DNA from: Candidatus Woesearchaeota archaeon
GTDB taxonomy: Archaea; Nanobdellota; Nanobdellia; SCGC-AAA011-G17; GW2011-AR18
DNA: 64,000 nt
Direction: 5' to 3'
NCBI GenBank assembly: GCA_018302765.1
Contig: JAGVZG010000004.1
Coordinates: 1 to 64,000, forward strand
In this document: positions 1 through 8,601 of the stretch, piece by piece
Layout: the number at the start of each line of letters is the position of its first letter
How positions within the stretch are numbered: the stretch's first letter is position 1
The notes under the pieces: model-generated
Database searches by the model: none
Seen by the model: only the letters and a program-made list of their open reading frames with translations
What the model was told of the DNA's origin: nothing
Program-made: the position numbers and the translations under genes

Positions 1-89
1 TCATGTGTTGAGTCCAGTGCTTCAATTGCATCTTCTTTAAATACATTTAGAATTAAAATTAATCTCCTCTTTATTTCGTCTTTTTGCAT
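1..89 (-). CDS. partial hypothetical protein (N-terminus MQKDEIKRRLILILNVFKEDAIEALDSTH, runs off window)
   Basis: ATG at 89 on minus strand with an open frame to the window edge, directly downstream of the pilin gene. Confidence 0.4.
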   Translation of the reverse strand, partial: MQKDEIKRRLILILNVFKEDAIEALDSTH

Positions 90-120
90 TAAATTTTTAT
101 GTAATTTTGAGAATATAAAT

Positions 121-651
121 TTATTTATTTGTTTCAGAAATACTTACTTTGACAACATTGTTTTGGTCTAGGCCATCATTTCTTATTACCATGTCTGTAA
201 TTCCAACTAATGTACTTGGCTTTGTTGCCGACCTAGTTATATTAGCCAGATTTGTATAGTTTGTATATATCTGAATATTATAATTATTTTTAACGTTTGC
301 ATTTTCTGTTAATATTGTCAGCTTTCCCTCAAAAACAGGAATTCCTATATCACTTATAATAACCTTTGAATTATTATACTGCCAAATAATCAAAGAATCT
401 TTATTATCTATTCTAATAAAACCTTTTTTTATATTAACTGTCAGTACTCTTTGGCTGCCTGGTCCTTCTCTAACAACTTCCCTTATATTCTGATCTAATT
501 CGTGCATTACTTGTTTTGTCTGTATTATTACATTTTTATCTCTTAATTTATTAATTACTGGCAGACCAGCAGCAAGCAATATAGAAATTACAACAATACC
601 TAATCCAAAATATAAAACAGCACTAACCCATATATCCCCTTTTTTATTCAT
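121..651 (-). CDS. archaeal type IV pilin-like protein (class III signal peptide)
   Basis: MNKKG|DIWVSAVLYFGLGIVVISILLAAG: basic residues, Gly cleavage site, then hydrophobic helix. Confidence 0.75.
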   Translation of the reverse strand: MNKKGDIWVSAVLYFGLGIVVISILLAAGLPVINKLRDKNVIIQTKQVMHELDQNIREVVREGPGSQRVLTVNIKKGFIRIDNKDSLIIWQYNNSKVIISDIGIPVFEGKLTILTENANVKNNYNIQIYTNYTNLANITRSATKPSTLVGITDMVIRNDGLDQNNVVKVSISETNK

Positions 652-852
652 GAAATTTAAGTTCTTTTATAGTTAATTAATTTTACTAAATATTTTTTAT
701 TTAGTAACTGTTAAAATTATTTATTTCTAAATAGAATTTACCCTCTTTTAATAATAACCTATAAACTTTATTGTCTTATATTATAAATTTAGTTACTACT
801 TATTAGATACAATAAAAGAAAGCTTTAAATAATTACTGTTAATTAAAGAAAT

Positions 853-1548
853 ATGGCTGATGAAATAACAGTTGGAAGTTTTGATAATCTAGTTAAACGT
901 ATGAACCATCCAGAAAGGCCAAATAGGGATTTTAACGGTCTTGACATTATAACAAATGTTTCTAGTGCTTGTGGAAGGCAAAGCAGTGGTCTTGATGCCA
1001 GACTAATCAAAAGAAATGAAGGAGTAGAAATAATTGCTAATAATGAACTCCCTTATTCCCAAGCTAGGTATTCATGGGGCAGTGAAACAGAAAGGAAAAA
1101 ACCTGGCAAGTTTGTTGATTGTGAACGTGATGTTGAAGTTTCTCCAAAAGGCTATAAATATGACAGAGTGATAACTGCAAGTTTGTTTTTATCTGATAAA
1201 TTTTTAAAAGAATTGTGTCTTTATCATATTAATAGTAGCGTTGACCCTTCAGACGATGAAGGATCTCGTGTATATAGTTATCATATGAAAGGACCAGTTT
1301 TGTGGCAGGCTAATTTAAGAGGCTATAGAATGGGTGCAAGAGACTTTTTAGCTGTTATTCTTCCAACAAATAAATTATACAACCCTGTTAAACTTTATAG
1401 ATATAGAAGTGGAGATTCTGAATTGATTGAAAAGGGAATGTATATACCAGAAGAACACGCAATTCAATGGGAAGATATTTCTGAGCTTAAAGAATTGTTA
1501 AGAGAAGTTAGACACTTATCAAGACCTACAAAAGGGGATGGCATCTAG
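853..1548 (+). CDS. hypothetical protein
   Basis: 231-aa ORF, TATA-like TTTAAATA upstream, no recognised motif. Confidence 0.7.
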   Translation: MADEITVGSFDNLVKRMNHPERPNRDFNGLDIITNVSSACGRQSSGLDARLIKRNEGVEIIANNELPYSQARYSWGSETERKKPGKFVDCERDVEVSPKGYKYDRVITASLFLSDKFLKELCLYHINSSVDPSDDEGSRVYSYHMKGPVLWQANLRGYRMGARDFLAVILPTNKLYNPVKLYRYRSGDSELIEKGMYIPEEHAIQWEDISELKELLREVRHLSRPTKGDGI

Positions 1549-1693
1549 TTTTTACCTAGAAGAAAATCAGCGTACGATGGGAAGGAGATTTAGCGTTACG
1601 GAAAGAGAAATTAATACAATTAGAACTATGGCTACAAAAACACAAGACATGGCTGTTGGTACTAGCGTTAGTAAACCATATGGGCGTCGTTGA
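1538..1693 (+). CDS. small hypothetical protein, 51 aa (not in ORF track)
   Basis: MASSFYLEENQRTMGRRFSVTEREINTIRTMATKTQDMAVGTSVSKPYGRR; overlaps the upstream stop and is preceded by AAAGGGG. Confidence 0.35.
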   Translation: MASSFYLEENQRTMGRRFSVTEREINTIRTMATKTQDMAVGTSVSKPYGRR

Positions 1694-1773
1694 CATTAAG
1701 TAATATTTTTAATTTATTTTTTCAAATATTAAGAAAATATAAAAAAGAAGAAAAAAGGCTATAACCTTTTTAA

Positions 1774-2301
1774 TTAAAATGTTACTAATTCAGGCGTATC
1801 ACAGGCTTTTGTATTCCCTTCTATTGTAAATATTGGGTAAACCTCAACTTTTGATACTTTAGTTAAATCAACATCACCTGGAGCAACATTTATTGTATAT
1901 GTCTGAGGAACTGGGAATTCCAATGCTGCCTTGCCTGAAGTTGAAGTAAAGTTGCCGTTAGTAAGTGCATAACCTGCATACTTTTTAATTTTTCCTACTG
2001 CGTCATAAACTATAAAATTAAAATCATCTATAGTTTTGTCTTGATTTTGATTTCTCATAGTAATACTTACTTTAAAAAGTGTTGGATTTACTTTTTTCTC
2101 AGTTATTTCCAACTTTAATCCTGTTGTACATGCCAAACTAAACTGTGAAGCTGTTTCTGTCTGACTGACTGTAGTCTTAAACAGCTTTGTGCCCCATGTT
2201 ATTACTAATGCTGCCAAAACTATTGTAAATCCTATTATAAGAACAGTTGCTATTAAAGGACTTATTCCTTTTTTATTTTTCCTATTAAGCATATTCATCA
2301 A
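1774..2301 (-). CDS. archaeal type IV pilin / archaellin-like protein
   Basis: KKG|ISPLIATVLIIGFTIVLAALV class III signal peptide; two Cys in the globular part. Confidence 0.88.
   Translation of the reverse strand: MMNMLNRKNKKGISPLIATVLIIGFTIVLAALVITWGTKLFKTTVSQTETASQFSLACTTGLKLEITEKKVNPTLFKVSITMRNQNQDKTIDDFNFIVYDAVGKIKKYAGYALTNGNFTSTSGKAALEFPVPQTYTINVAPGDVDLTKVSKVEVYPIFTIEGNTKACDTPELVTF
2239..2271. repeat. 33-bp exact direct repeat, copy 1 (copy 2 at 2729-2761), encoding the pilin KGISPLIATVL segment
   Basis: aagaacagttgctattaaaggacttattccttt occurs identically at 2239-2271 and 2729-2761. Confidence 0.9.
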
Positions 2302-2308
2302 CCTCCAT

Positions 2309-2785
2309 TTATGATTTTAATACTTCTATTTTTTTATCTTTACAAACTAAGAATTTTGCCTTGCCTTGAGATGTTTCCTTTACAATTCCAGGATAAATTT
2401 CAATCCTATCTGGGCAAGAATCTGCTTTTATTTTATTGATGCTCTGCTCTGCAGGTTTTGTTGGATTTAATGTCGGAGGGAAACTTTTTCCTTCTTCACC
2501 GTTGTAAAATACAAACATAAATCCTTCTACTTTTATATTTCCATTATTTGTAACAGTAATATCAGCATAATCCTCGCCATTTTCTGAACCACAAGTAAAT
2601 TCTGCACCAATGTCCAAAGAAGTCTCTTCTTGAGCACCACAATCAGTTGATTTTTCAATTGTGCCAAGAGTAATGCCTCTTATCAAGGCAAATACGATCA
2701 AAAAGACACCTATTGTTGCACCAATCAGAAGAACAGTTGCTATTAAAGGACTTATTCCTTTCTTAGCCATCAACCTCTTTTGCAT
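2309..2785 (-). CDS. archaeal type IV pilin / archaellin-like protein
   Basis: KKG|ISPLIATVLLIGATIGVFLIV class III signal peptide; four Cys. Confidence 0.88.
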   Translation of the reverse strand: MQKRLMAKKGISPLIATVLLIGATIGVFLIVFALIRGITLGTIEKSTDCGAQEETSLDIGAEFTCGSENGEDYADITVTNNGNIKVEGFMFVFYNGEEGKSFPPTLNPTKPAEQSINKIKADSCPDRIEIYPGIVKETSQGKAKFLVCKDKKIEVLKS

Positions 2786-2829
2786 AAATTTTCATAGATT
2801 AACTTATTTAAAAGCATATCGATTTATTT

Positions 2830-3417
2830 TTAACAATTTGCAGTATTTTTAATGTCTAAGCAGATTTGTTTATAGTTAAGAACAAGCTGTCTAGTTATAC
2901 ATTTCACAGATTGATTTTTTTCTGGATCTTTTATTACTGGTATAATTTTTAATTCAGGGTTTTGATTGTTTGTATTTATTTGTATGTTAATATTATATTT
3001 GTTGTCTTTTCCTGGCTTTAGAACTGAAGGTTTAAGATTTTCATCGTAAATTAAAGAAGGCCTAGATTCCAAACCTGGAGCATTTATTATAAACTGATGA
3101 ATTGAGAAAGCACCGCGATTAATCAAAGTAATTGGTGCAAATAGTGATACTCCTGGAACAATGATTGGGTTTCCCGTTATTGGATCGTGGTCAAAACCTG
3201 CCTTGCCTTGTTCATAAATACCTAACTTTTCAGGATCAGTAATCATGTAACCAAGACTTACTGATTCACAATAAATACTTTCTTCAGTTAATTTTTCTGG
3301 ATTAAACTCCTTAGTTTTTTTTATTACGTAATTAGAAACAACAGCAGCCATGCTTATTGTAAGGGCAAGCAAAAGAACTGCTGCTAATAATGGACTTATA
3401 CCTCTTTTATTTTTCAT
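2830..3417 (-). CDS. archaeal type IV pilin / archaellin-like protein
   Basis: KRG|ISPLLAAVLLLALTISMAAVV class III signal peptide. Confidence 0.85.
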   Translation of the reverse strand: MKNKRGISPLLAAVLLLALTISMAAVVSNYVIKKTKEFNPEKLTEESIYCESVSLGYMITDPEKLGIYEQGKAGFDHDPITGNPIIVPGVSLFAPITLINRGAFSIHQFIINAPGLESRPSLIYDENLKPSVLKPGKDNKYNINIQINTNNQNPELKIIPVIKDPEKNQSVKCITRQLVLNYKQICLDIKNTANC

Positions 3418-3453
3418 TGGTAAAAATAAGAACTCTTTATGTTTTAAAACTTT

Positions 3454-3612
3454 CTAAAAATCCAAGTTTGATTCTCTAAGAATTTGTTCAGCATCTGGCT
3501 CTTTTTCAACAGTGCCAACGCCACCGCAGTTCCCGCATCTTGGAGGCGGGTCTGTTCTTCCAGTTCTTGGAGAGTACTTAAATCTGCAACTTCTGCATAA
3601 AAACGTAACCAT
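3454..3612 (-). CDS. small zinc-ribbon protein, 52 aa (not in ORF track)
   Basis: MVTFLCRSCRFKYSPRTGRTDPPPRCGNCGGVGTVEKEPDAEQILRESNLDF: two CxxC pairs. Confidence 0.75.
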   Translation of the reverse strand: MVTFLCRSCRFKYSPRTGRTDPPPRCGNCGGVGTVEKEPDAEQILRESNLDF

Positions 3613-3733
3613 AAAGATTTAGAGTGATTTCTATTTATAAATCTTATTATGATTTAACTCTTATTTTTAAAATATATGTATTTCAGGAATAAACCTACAT
3701 AAAATTTTTATATGGTGGATTTTAATTTATTAT

Positions 3734-4258
3734 ATGAACAATAAAAAGATAGGTTTTACATTATTAATCATTGGCGTTTTGTTGTTTATTGTGTTATTAT
3801 CTTATAATTATAAATTAAACCAGCAAGCTTCAGCTTATGGCTGCAATCCAAACTCACAATGCATGAATATATCTTCTTTGCTTTCTTTAACAAATATATT
3901 TATAGGAATAATTTTTTCTTTAGTTAGCCTTGGCTTTTATATTTTATTCTTTAACAAGGATGAAGAGATAATATTAAGAAGATTAGATGAAAATAAAAAA
4001 CAACTTACTAAAGAACAAAAATTCGAAATAATGTTAAAGGCCTTGACAGCTGAAGAGAGGCAACTGATGCAGATTATAAGAGAACAGGAGGGAATAACAC
4101 AGTCTACTTTGAGAATTAAAACAGATTTTTCTAAAACAAAGTTAAGTTTTGTATTAGCAGACTTGGAAAAGAAGGGTTTGATTAAGAAAGAGATTTCTGG
4201 CAAAACCAACAAACTCTATATAAAAGAAGGAATTTTAAGCCTATCTAAACATATCTGA
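3734..4258 (+). CDS. membrane-anchored winged-helix (MarR-like) transcriptional regulator
   Basis: Two N-terminal TM helices around CNPNSQC; C-terminal wHTH (EGITQSTLRIKTDFSKTKLSFVLADLEKKGLIKKE). Confidence 0.75.
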   Translation: MNNKKIGFTLLIIGVLLFIVLLSYNYKLNQQASAYGCNPNSQCMNISSLLSLTNIFIGIIFSLVSLGFYILFFNKDEEIILRRLDENKKQLTKEQKFEIMLKALTAEERQLMQIIREQEGITQSTLRIKTDFSKTKLSFVLADLEKKGLIKKEISGKTNKLYIKEGILSLSKHI

Positions 4259-4350
4259 AGGAAAAAACTATTATTCTTATGTTGAAAAGCCGAAATTATG
4301 CCATTGTTTTGAAGGTTAAATATATATAATTTTAGTTTACTAAATATAAG

Positions 4351-5334
4351 ATGAAAGCAATATACTTGATATTTGTTTTACTTATTTTATCTTCTGTAGC
4401 TATACATGCCCATGATACTGGAGAGGAGCATGCGGAGCTGCCTGATAATATAATAAAGCAAATAGAATATCAGAAAAGCTTGGCTTTGGGAGTTACATTT
4501 TTAATAGCTTTGTTAGCTGGATTATTAACATTTACATCGCCATGCAGTTTTGCTATTTTGCCAATATATTTTTCATTTGTTTTTAAAAAAAGACATAATG
4601 CTCTGTTGTTCACTTCCTCATTTATATTTGGCCTAACTATAGCATTTGCACTGTTTGGCTTTATTGCTGGGATTGTTGGAGATTACTTTAATGACTACAA
4701 ATTATATTTTGCTTCTATATCTGGAATATTTATTTCTATTTTTGGAATTATGATGATCCTTAATAAAGGATTTAGCATATTTACACCAAAAATATCTGAA
4801 GGAAAAAATAGTATATTTAGTTTTGTTTTATTTGGATTTTTATTTGGAGCTGGGTGGAGCCCTTGCGTAGGTCCAATACTTGGATCTATATTTTTCCTGG
4901 CTGCTAATTCCGGAACTCTACTGAAAAGCACATTACTATTAATAACTTATTCTGCCGGAATATCCATACCTTTGCTATTATTTTCTTATATTTCAGACCG
5001 TACAAAATTATCAGATTTTTTAAACAATATTAAGCAAGTGAAATTTAAACTGCTTGGAAATGTTTTTATTACAAACTGGTACGGCATTGTCGGAGGCTTA
5101 CTGACTTTTATTATGGGTATTTTAATTATGAAGTACAATGGCACAAGTTATGTTGAATATATCATAAGTTATACTACTGGCTGGGCAATGTTTGCTTTTG
5201 TTGGATTTAATAACAGACTAAGAGATATTAATTTACCAAATGGTTTGAGCAATATCTTAGGAATATTAACTGCTTTGATTATTTTTGCTTTAATTACAGC
5301 AATTATATTTAATGCATTAAAAAAGAAAGAATAA
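4351..5334 (+). CDS. ccdA: CcdA/DsbD-family transmembrane thiol-disulfide electron transporter
   Basis: Paired motifs FTSPCSFAILP and GWSPCVGPILG in a polytopic membrane protein; His-containing N-terminus (HAHDTGEEH). Confidence 0.88.
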   Translation: MKAIYLIFVLLILSSVAIHAHDTGEEHAELPDNIIKQIEYQKSLALGVTFLIALLAGLLTFTSPCSFAILPIYFSFVFKKRHNALLFTSSFIFGLTIAFALFGFIAGIVGDYFNDYKLYFASISGIFISIFGIMMILNKGFSIFTPKISEGKNSIFSFVLFGFLFGAGWSPCVGPILGSIFFLAANSGTLLKSTLLLITYSAGISIPLLLFSYISDRTKLSDFLNNIKQVKFKLLGNVFITNWYGIVGGLLTFIMGILIMKYNGTSYVEYIISYTTGWAMFAFVGFNNRLRDINLPNGLSNILGILTALIIFALITAIIFNALKKKE

Positions 5335-5447
5335 CACGAGATAAACATAAATAAACATAAATTCTCCTTTATTTAATAAGAAAAGGAAAATTTAAGCAAC
5401 CGTTTTAACAGTTAAGTATTTATATAAATTGTACATTCAAAAACAAC

Positions 5448-6143
5448 ATGGCAAAAAAAGAAGAAAAAACATTTACAAATTTGCTAATTATAGGTGTTGT
5501 GCTATTAGTTCTAGTAGCTTCTGCCAATGCTTACATGCTTTCATCTTTGTCTGATAATTTAGGCGGATCTAGGGGCAAAGGACTAATTTATAGCAAAGAT
5601 ATTTCAAAAATAGATTTATCATCAATAAAGTCAACAGGCCAGTCTTTAGCAGTTTTATTTCCATTGGACAAAATAAAAACACAGCAAGATGCAATCAGCC
5701 TATTAATCCCTACGGGCACTCCTGAATATGGTGATGCTTTGGGAGTAAGTTTTGATGATCCTGTAGGCTCATTAGACAAACTGTCAAGACAAATTTATCC
5801 GCAAATAAAAGCTGAGCTAAAAAGTAATCCAGAATTATGGAAAAGATACATAAATCTTGCAACAAAGCCAGTAGGAATATCATGCGAGTTTTGCTGTGGT
5901 GTTGGACCTATTGGCATAAGCAGCAACGGAGAATTGAGATGTGGCTGCTCTCACAATCCTGCAGTTCAAGCAATATCAATGTGGCTAATTAAGAATACTG
6001 ATTATTCAGATGCAGAAATAGTCAGGGAAGTTATGATGTGGAAATCTTTATGGTTCCCGAAAAATATGATAGAATTAGGCACGAAATTATCTGGAGGGGA
6101 TGTTGATTTAAACAGTCTTCCAGGAATGGTAGGCGGATGCTAA
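5448..6143 (+). CDS. membrane-anchored Cys-rich protein (CEFCC...CGCSH) ending in LPGMVGGC
   Basis: N-terminal TM helix; SCEFCCG and RCGCSH motifs; C-terminal MVGGC. Confidence 0.8.
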   Translation: MAKKEEKTFTNLLIIGVVLLVLVASANAYMLSSLSDNLGGSRGKGLIYSKDISKIDLSSIKSTGQSLAVLFPLDKIKTQQDAISLLIPTGTPEYGDALGVSFDDPVGSLDKLSRQIYPQIKAELKSNPELWKRYINLATKPVGISCEFCCGVGPIGISSNGELRCGCSHNPAVQAISMWLIKNTDYSDAEIVREVMMWKSLWFPKNMIELGTKLSGGDVDLNSLPGMVGGC

Positions 6144-6146
6144 TTA

Positions 6147-6152
6147 GGAGGT
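6147..6152 (+). promoter_or_regulatory. Shine-Dalgarno site GGAGGT for the 70-aa ORF
   Basis: GGAGGT 4 nt upstream of ATG 6157. Confidence 0.7.
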
Positions 6153-6156
6153 AAAA

Positions 6157-6369
6157 ATGAATAAAAATATGATTTTGGTTTTGGTTTTGGTTGTTTTAGT
6201 TGTTGTGTCTGTTATTCAGGCAGTGCAGCTGACTGGATTAAAATCAAACATAGAAGAAGGTTCATTAAAGCTTGGTTCAGGCAGCAAAACTCCACAAGTA
6301 ACTACAACAAATACACAGACAAGCTCTGGCAATTTACAAGACCTGCCCTCAATGGTTGGAGGCTGTTAA
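6157..6369 (+). CDS. small membrane-anchored peptide ending in LPSMVGGC
   Basis: TM helix, Ser/Thr-rich linker, C-terminus shared with the upstream protein; strong SD. Confidence 0.82.
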   Translation: MNKNMILVLVLVVLVVVSVIQAVQLTGLKSNIEEGSLKLGSGSKTPQVTTTNTQTSSGNLQDLPSMVGGC

Positions 6370-6390
6370 TTTTTTCTTTTTTGATTAAAA

Positions 6391-7536
6391 ATGGCCAGTT
6401 CAAAATTTTTTAAGAAATTAAATAGTTTTAATTATGAACCAGTTGTTCATATATTAGGAATAATAATTGTAGTGCTTTTTATAATAAACTTATTTTTCAT
6501 AACGTCGTTAACATCTTCATTAAAACAAAAAGTATCAGAAGCAAATGAAGCTGCAAGGCCTGCTAAATTAGATTTAATAATAATTAATGCGCCTAGCTGC
6601 GATAAGTGCTTTGATATTAAAAGTATAGTTGCCAATATAAAATCTGGAAATGTAAATATAACTAGTGAAGAAGTATTAAATTTTAAGGATGCTTTTCTAG
6701 TTGCATCCGAATACATTTCAAAATATGATATTGAAAAATTACCTACTGTTATAGTTAAAGGAGAATTAAACAAAACTAAACTGCATGAAACACTGATAAG
6801 CGTTGGCGATGCTTATGTATTTACAAAACAAACTGCGCCTTATTTTAATATAGGCTCTAATAGCATTAAAGGATTTGTTACTGTTACTATAGTAAATGCA
6901 GATGGCTGTTCAGAGTGTGCTGATATTGGCATTGCATTAGATCAGATAAATACTGGAGGCATTGTAATACAAGATATAATTAACTTAAGCGAAAAAGAAA
7001 GCAAAGAATTAACAGACAAATACAAAATTAAAAAACTTCCAAGCTTAATACTCTCAAGCGATGCCTCAGAATATTCATTGATAAAACAAAGCTGGAATTC
7101 AGTAGGAAGTGAGGAAGATGATGGCAGCTTTGTATTAAGAAATTTCCTACCTCCTTACAAGAATTTAGAAACTGGTAAGATAGATGGATTAGTGTCTTTG
7201 ACTTATGTGGTGGATTCTTCATGCAGTGAATGCTACAATGTATCAGTACATAAGAATATAATTAACAGCTATGGTTTAAAAATTGCAGGTGAAAAGACAT
7301 TAGATGTTAATACTCCTGAAGGCCTTGAATATACTAAATTAAATGGCATAAACTTAGTTCCAACTGCAGTATTGTCAAGTGATGCAAAATTATACAGTGC
7401 TTTCTACAGAGTATTTACCCAGGTTTCAAATGAGAGCAATGGAAATCTTGTATTTACTTCAGTAGAATTAATGGGTACTTACAAGGATTTACAAAGTGGA
7501 GAAGTAATTACACCTAAACAACAGGAAGTTCAATAA
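6391..7536 (+). CDS. membrane-anchored protein with three tandem thioredoxin-like CxxC modules
   Basis: SCDKC, GCSEC and SCSEC, each followed by a cis-Pro-like KLPT/KLPS/LVPT segment; N-terminal TM helix. Confidence 0.75.
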   Translation: MASSKFFKKLNSFNYEPVVHILGIIIVVLFIINLFFITSLTSSLKQKVSEANEAARPAKLDLIIINAPSCDKCFDIKSIVANIKSGNVNITSEEVLNFKDAFLVASEYISKYDIEKLPTVIVKGELNKTKLHETLISVGDAYVFTKQTAPYFNIGSNSIKGFVTVTIVNADGCSECADIGIALDQINTGGIVIQDIINLSEKESKELTDKYKIKKLPSLILSSDASEYSLIKQSWNSVGSEEDDGSFVLRNFLPPYKNLETGKIDGLVSLTYVVDSSCSECYNVSVHKNIINSYGLKIAGEKTLDVNTPEGLEYTKLNGINLVPTAVLSSDAKLYSAFYRVFTQVSNESNGNLVFTSVELMGTYKDLQSGEVITPKQQEVQ

Positions 7537-8138
7537 TGGAAGAAAACCAAGATATTTCCAAGTATGAAAAAAAGCAATTAAAAAAACAGGAAAAAGAAGA
7601 ACAAAGAAGACAAGTTGATGAATCCAGAAAATCTAGTGAAACAAAGAAAAAAGTCAAAAAATATATTATTATTTCTATAATTGTGTTATTAATTTTAATT
7701 GGCGGATATTATTTAATAATAAAACCAATAAATGATTTTAAGCCTTTTTATTCTGGCTTTTATCATTGGCATGCAAATTTTGAGGTTTCTGTTTGCGGTA
7801 AACCAGTAGATGTAAAATGCAAAGGAACAATGTGCGGGCCAATGAATTTGCACCATCATAATGATAATATTATACATATGGAAGGAAATAGCCTTGCAAA
7901 GAAAGAAGATATTGCGATAGGAAAATTCTTTGAGGGTATTGGGGTAACTTTTTCAGAAACACAATTAATGGGTAAAAACAATGGAGATTTATGTGATGAT
8001 AAACAAGGATCTGTTAAACTTTATATTAATGGAAAAGAAAACTATGAATTTAGAAATTATGTTCCAAAGGTATGCGATGCACAAGCAGTTAGTGATATAA
8101 AACAAAGATGTGACAATATAGAATTAAAGTTTGAGTAA
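7536..8138 (+). CDS. membrane-anchored His/Cys-rich putative metal-binding or redox protein
   Basis: Charged N-terminus, one TM helix, HWHANF...CG...HHHNDNIIHME, six Cys; start overlaps the upstream stop. Confidence 0.7.
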   Translation: MEENQDISKYEKKQLKKQEKEEQRRQVDESRKSSETKKKVKKYIIISIIVLLILIGGYYLIIKPINDFKPFYSGFYHWHANFEVSVCGKPVDVKCKGTMCGPMNLHHHNDNIIHMEGNSLAKKEDIAIGKFFEGIGVTFSETQLMGKNNGDLCDDKQGSVKLYINGKENYEFRNYVPKVCDAQAVSDIKQRCDNIELKFE

Positions 8139-8145
8139 ATTTTTA

Positions 8146-8595
8146 TTAACTAAGAACTTTGTATCCACATTCATTATCTCTAAGTTGACGATAGACTTCA
8201 TCTATTTTAGAACCCAATTCATATTTAATATTAGGATCGTTTGCTTTAAGTCTAGCTTTAAATGAATCTGTAAATTCTATTAATTCTGGACCAACACAAA
8301 CTATATCATAAGGACTAAAAACAATTCCAAATGGTCTATAGCCTTTTACAAAATTAGGATTAAAACCAGGAGCTTTCCCAAGAGCTATACTATCCATAAC
8401 TACACAAGCCCTTATCCTGGGATTAGATATGTCTTCTATTTTTGTGACTAAATCTGGAATTCTTATTTCTGCATTAGAATCAAAACTTCCAAAAAAAAGT
8501 TTTGGTGTTGAAATTCTATCTTTGATAGCAAATAATCCTGTTTCTGAATCTCTTTCATAAATTCCATGTTTTGTTCTAAATATTGCTTCTAACAT
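8146..8595 (-). CDS. hypothetical protein
   Basis: 149-aa ORF, no recognised motif. Confidence 0.65.
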   Translation of the reverse strand: MLEAIFRTKHGIYERDSETGLFAIKDRISTPKLFFGSFDSNAEIRIPDLVTKIEDISNPRIRACVVMDSIALGKAPGFNPNFVKGYRPFGIVFSPYDIVCVGPELIEFTDSFKARLKANDPNIKYELGSKIDEVYRQLRDNECGYKVLS

Positions 8596-8601
8596 TTTTA
8601 A

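Noticed and set aside
6120-6369. Reading LPxMVGGC as a bacterial LPxTG sortase signal
   Set aside because: No TM helix or basic tail follows; the motif sits at the extreme C-terminus and the anchors are N-terminal
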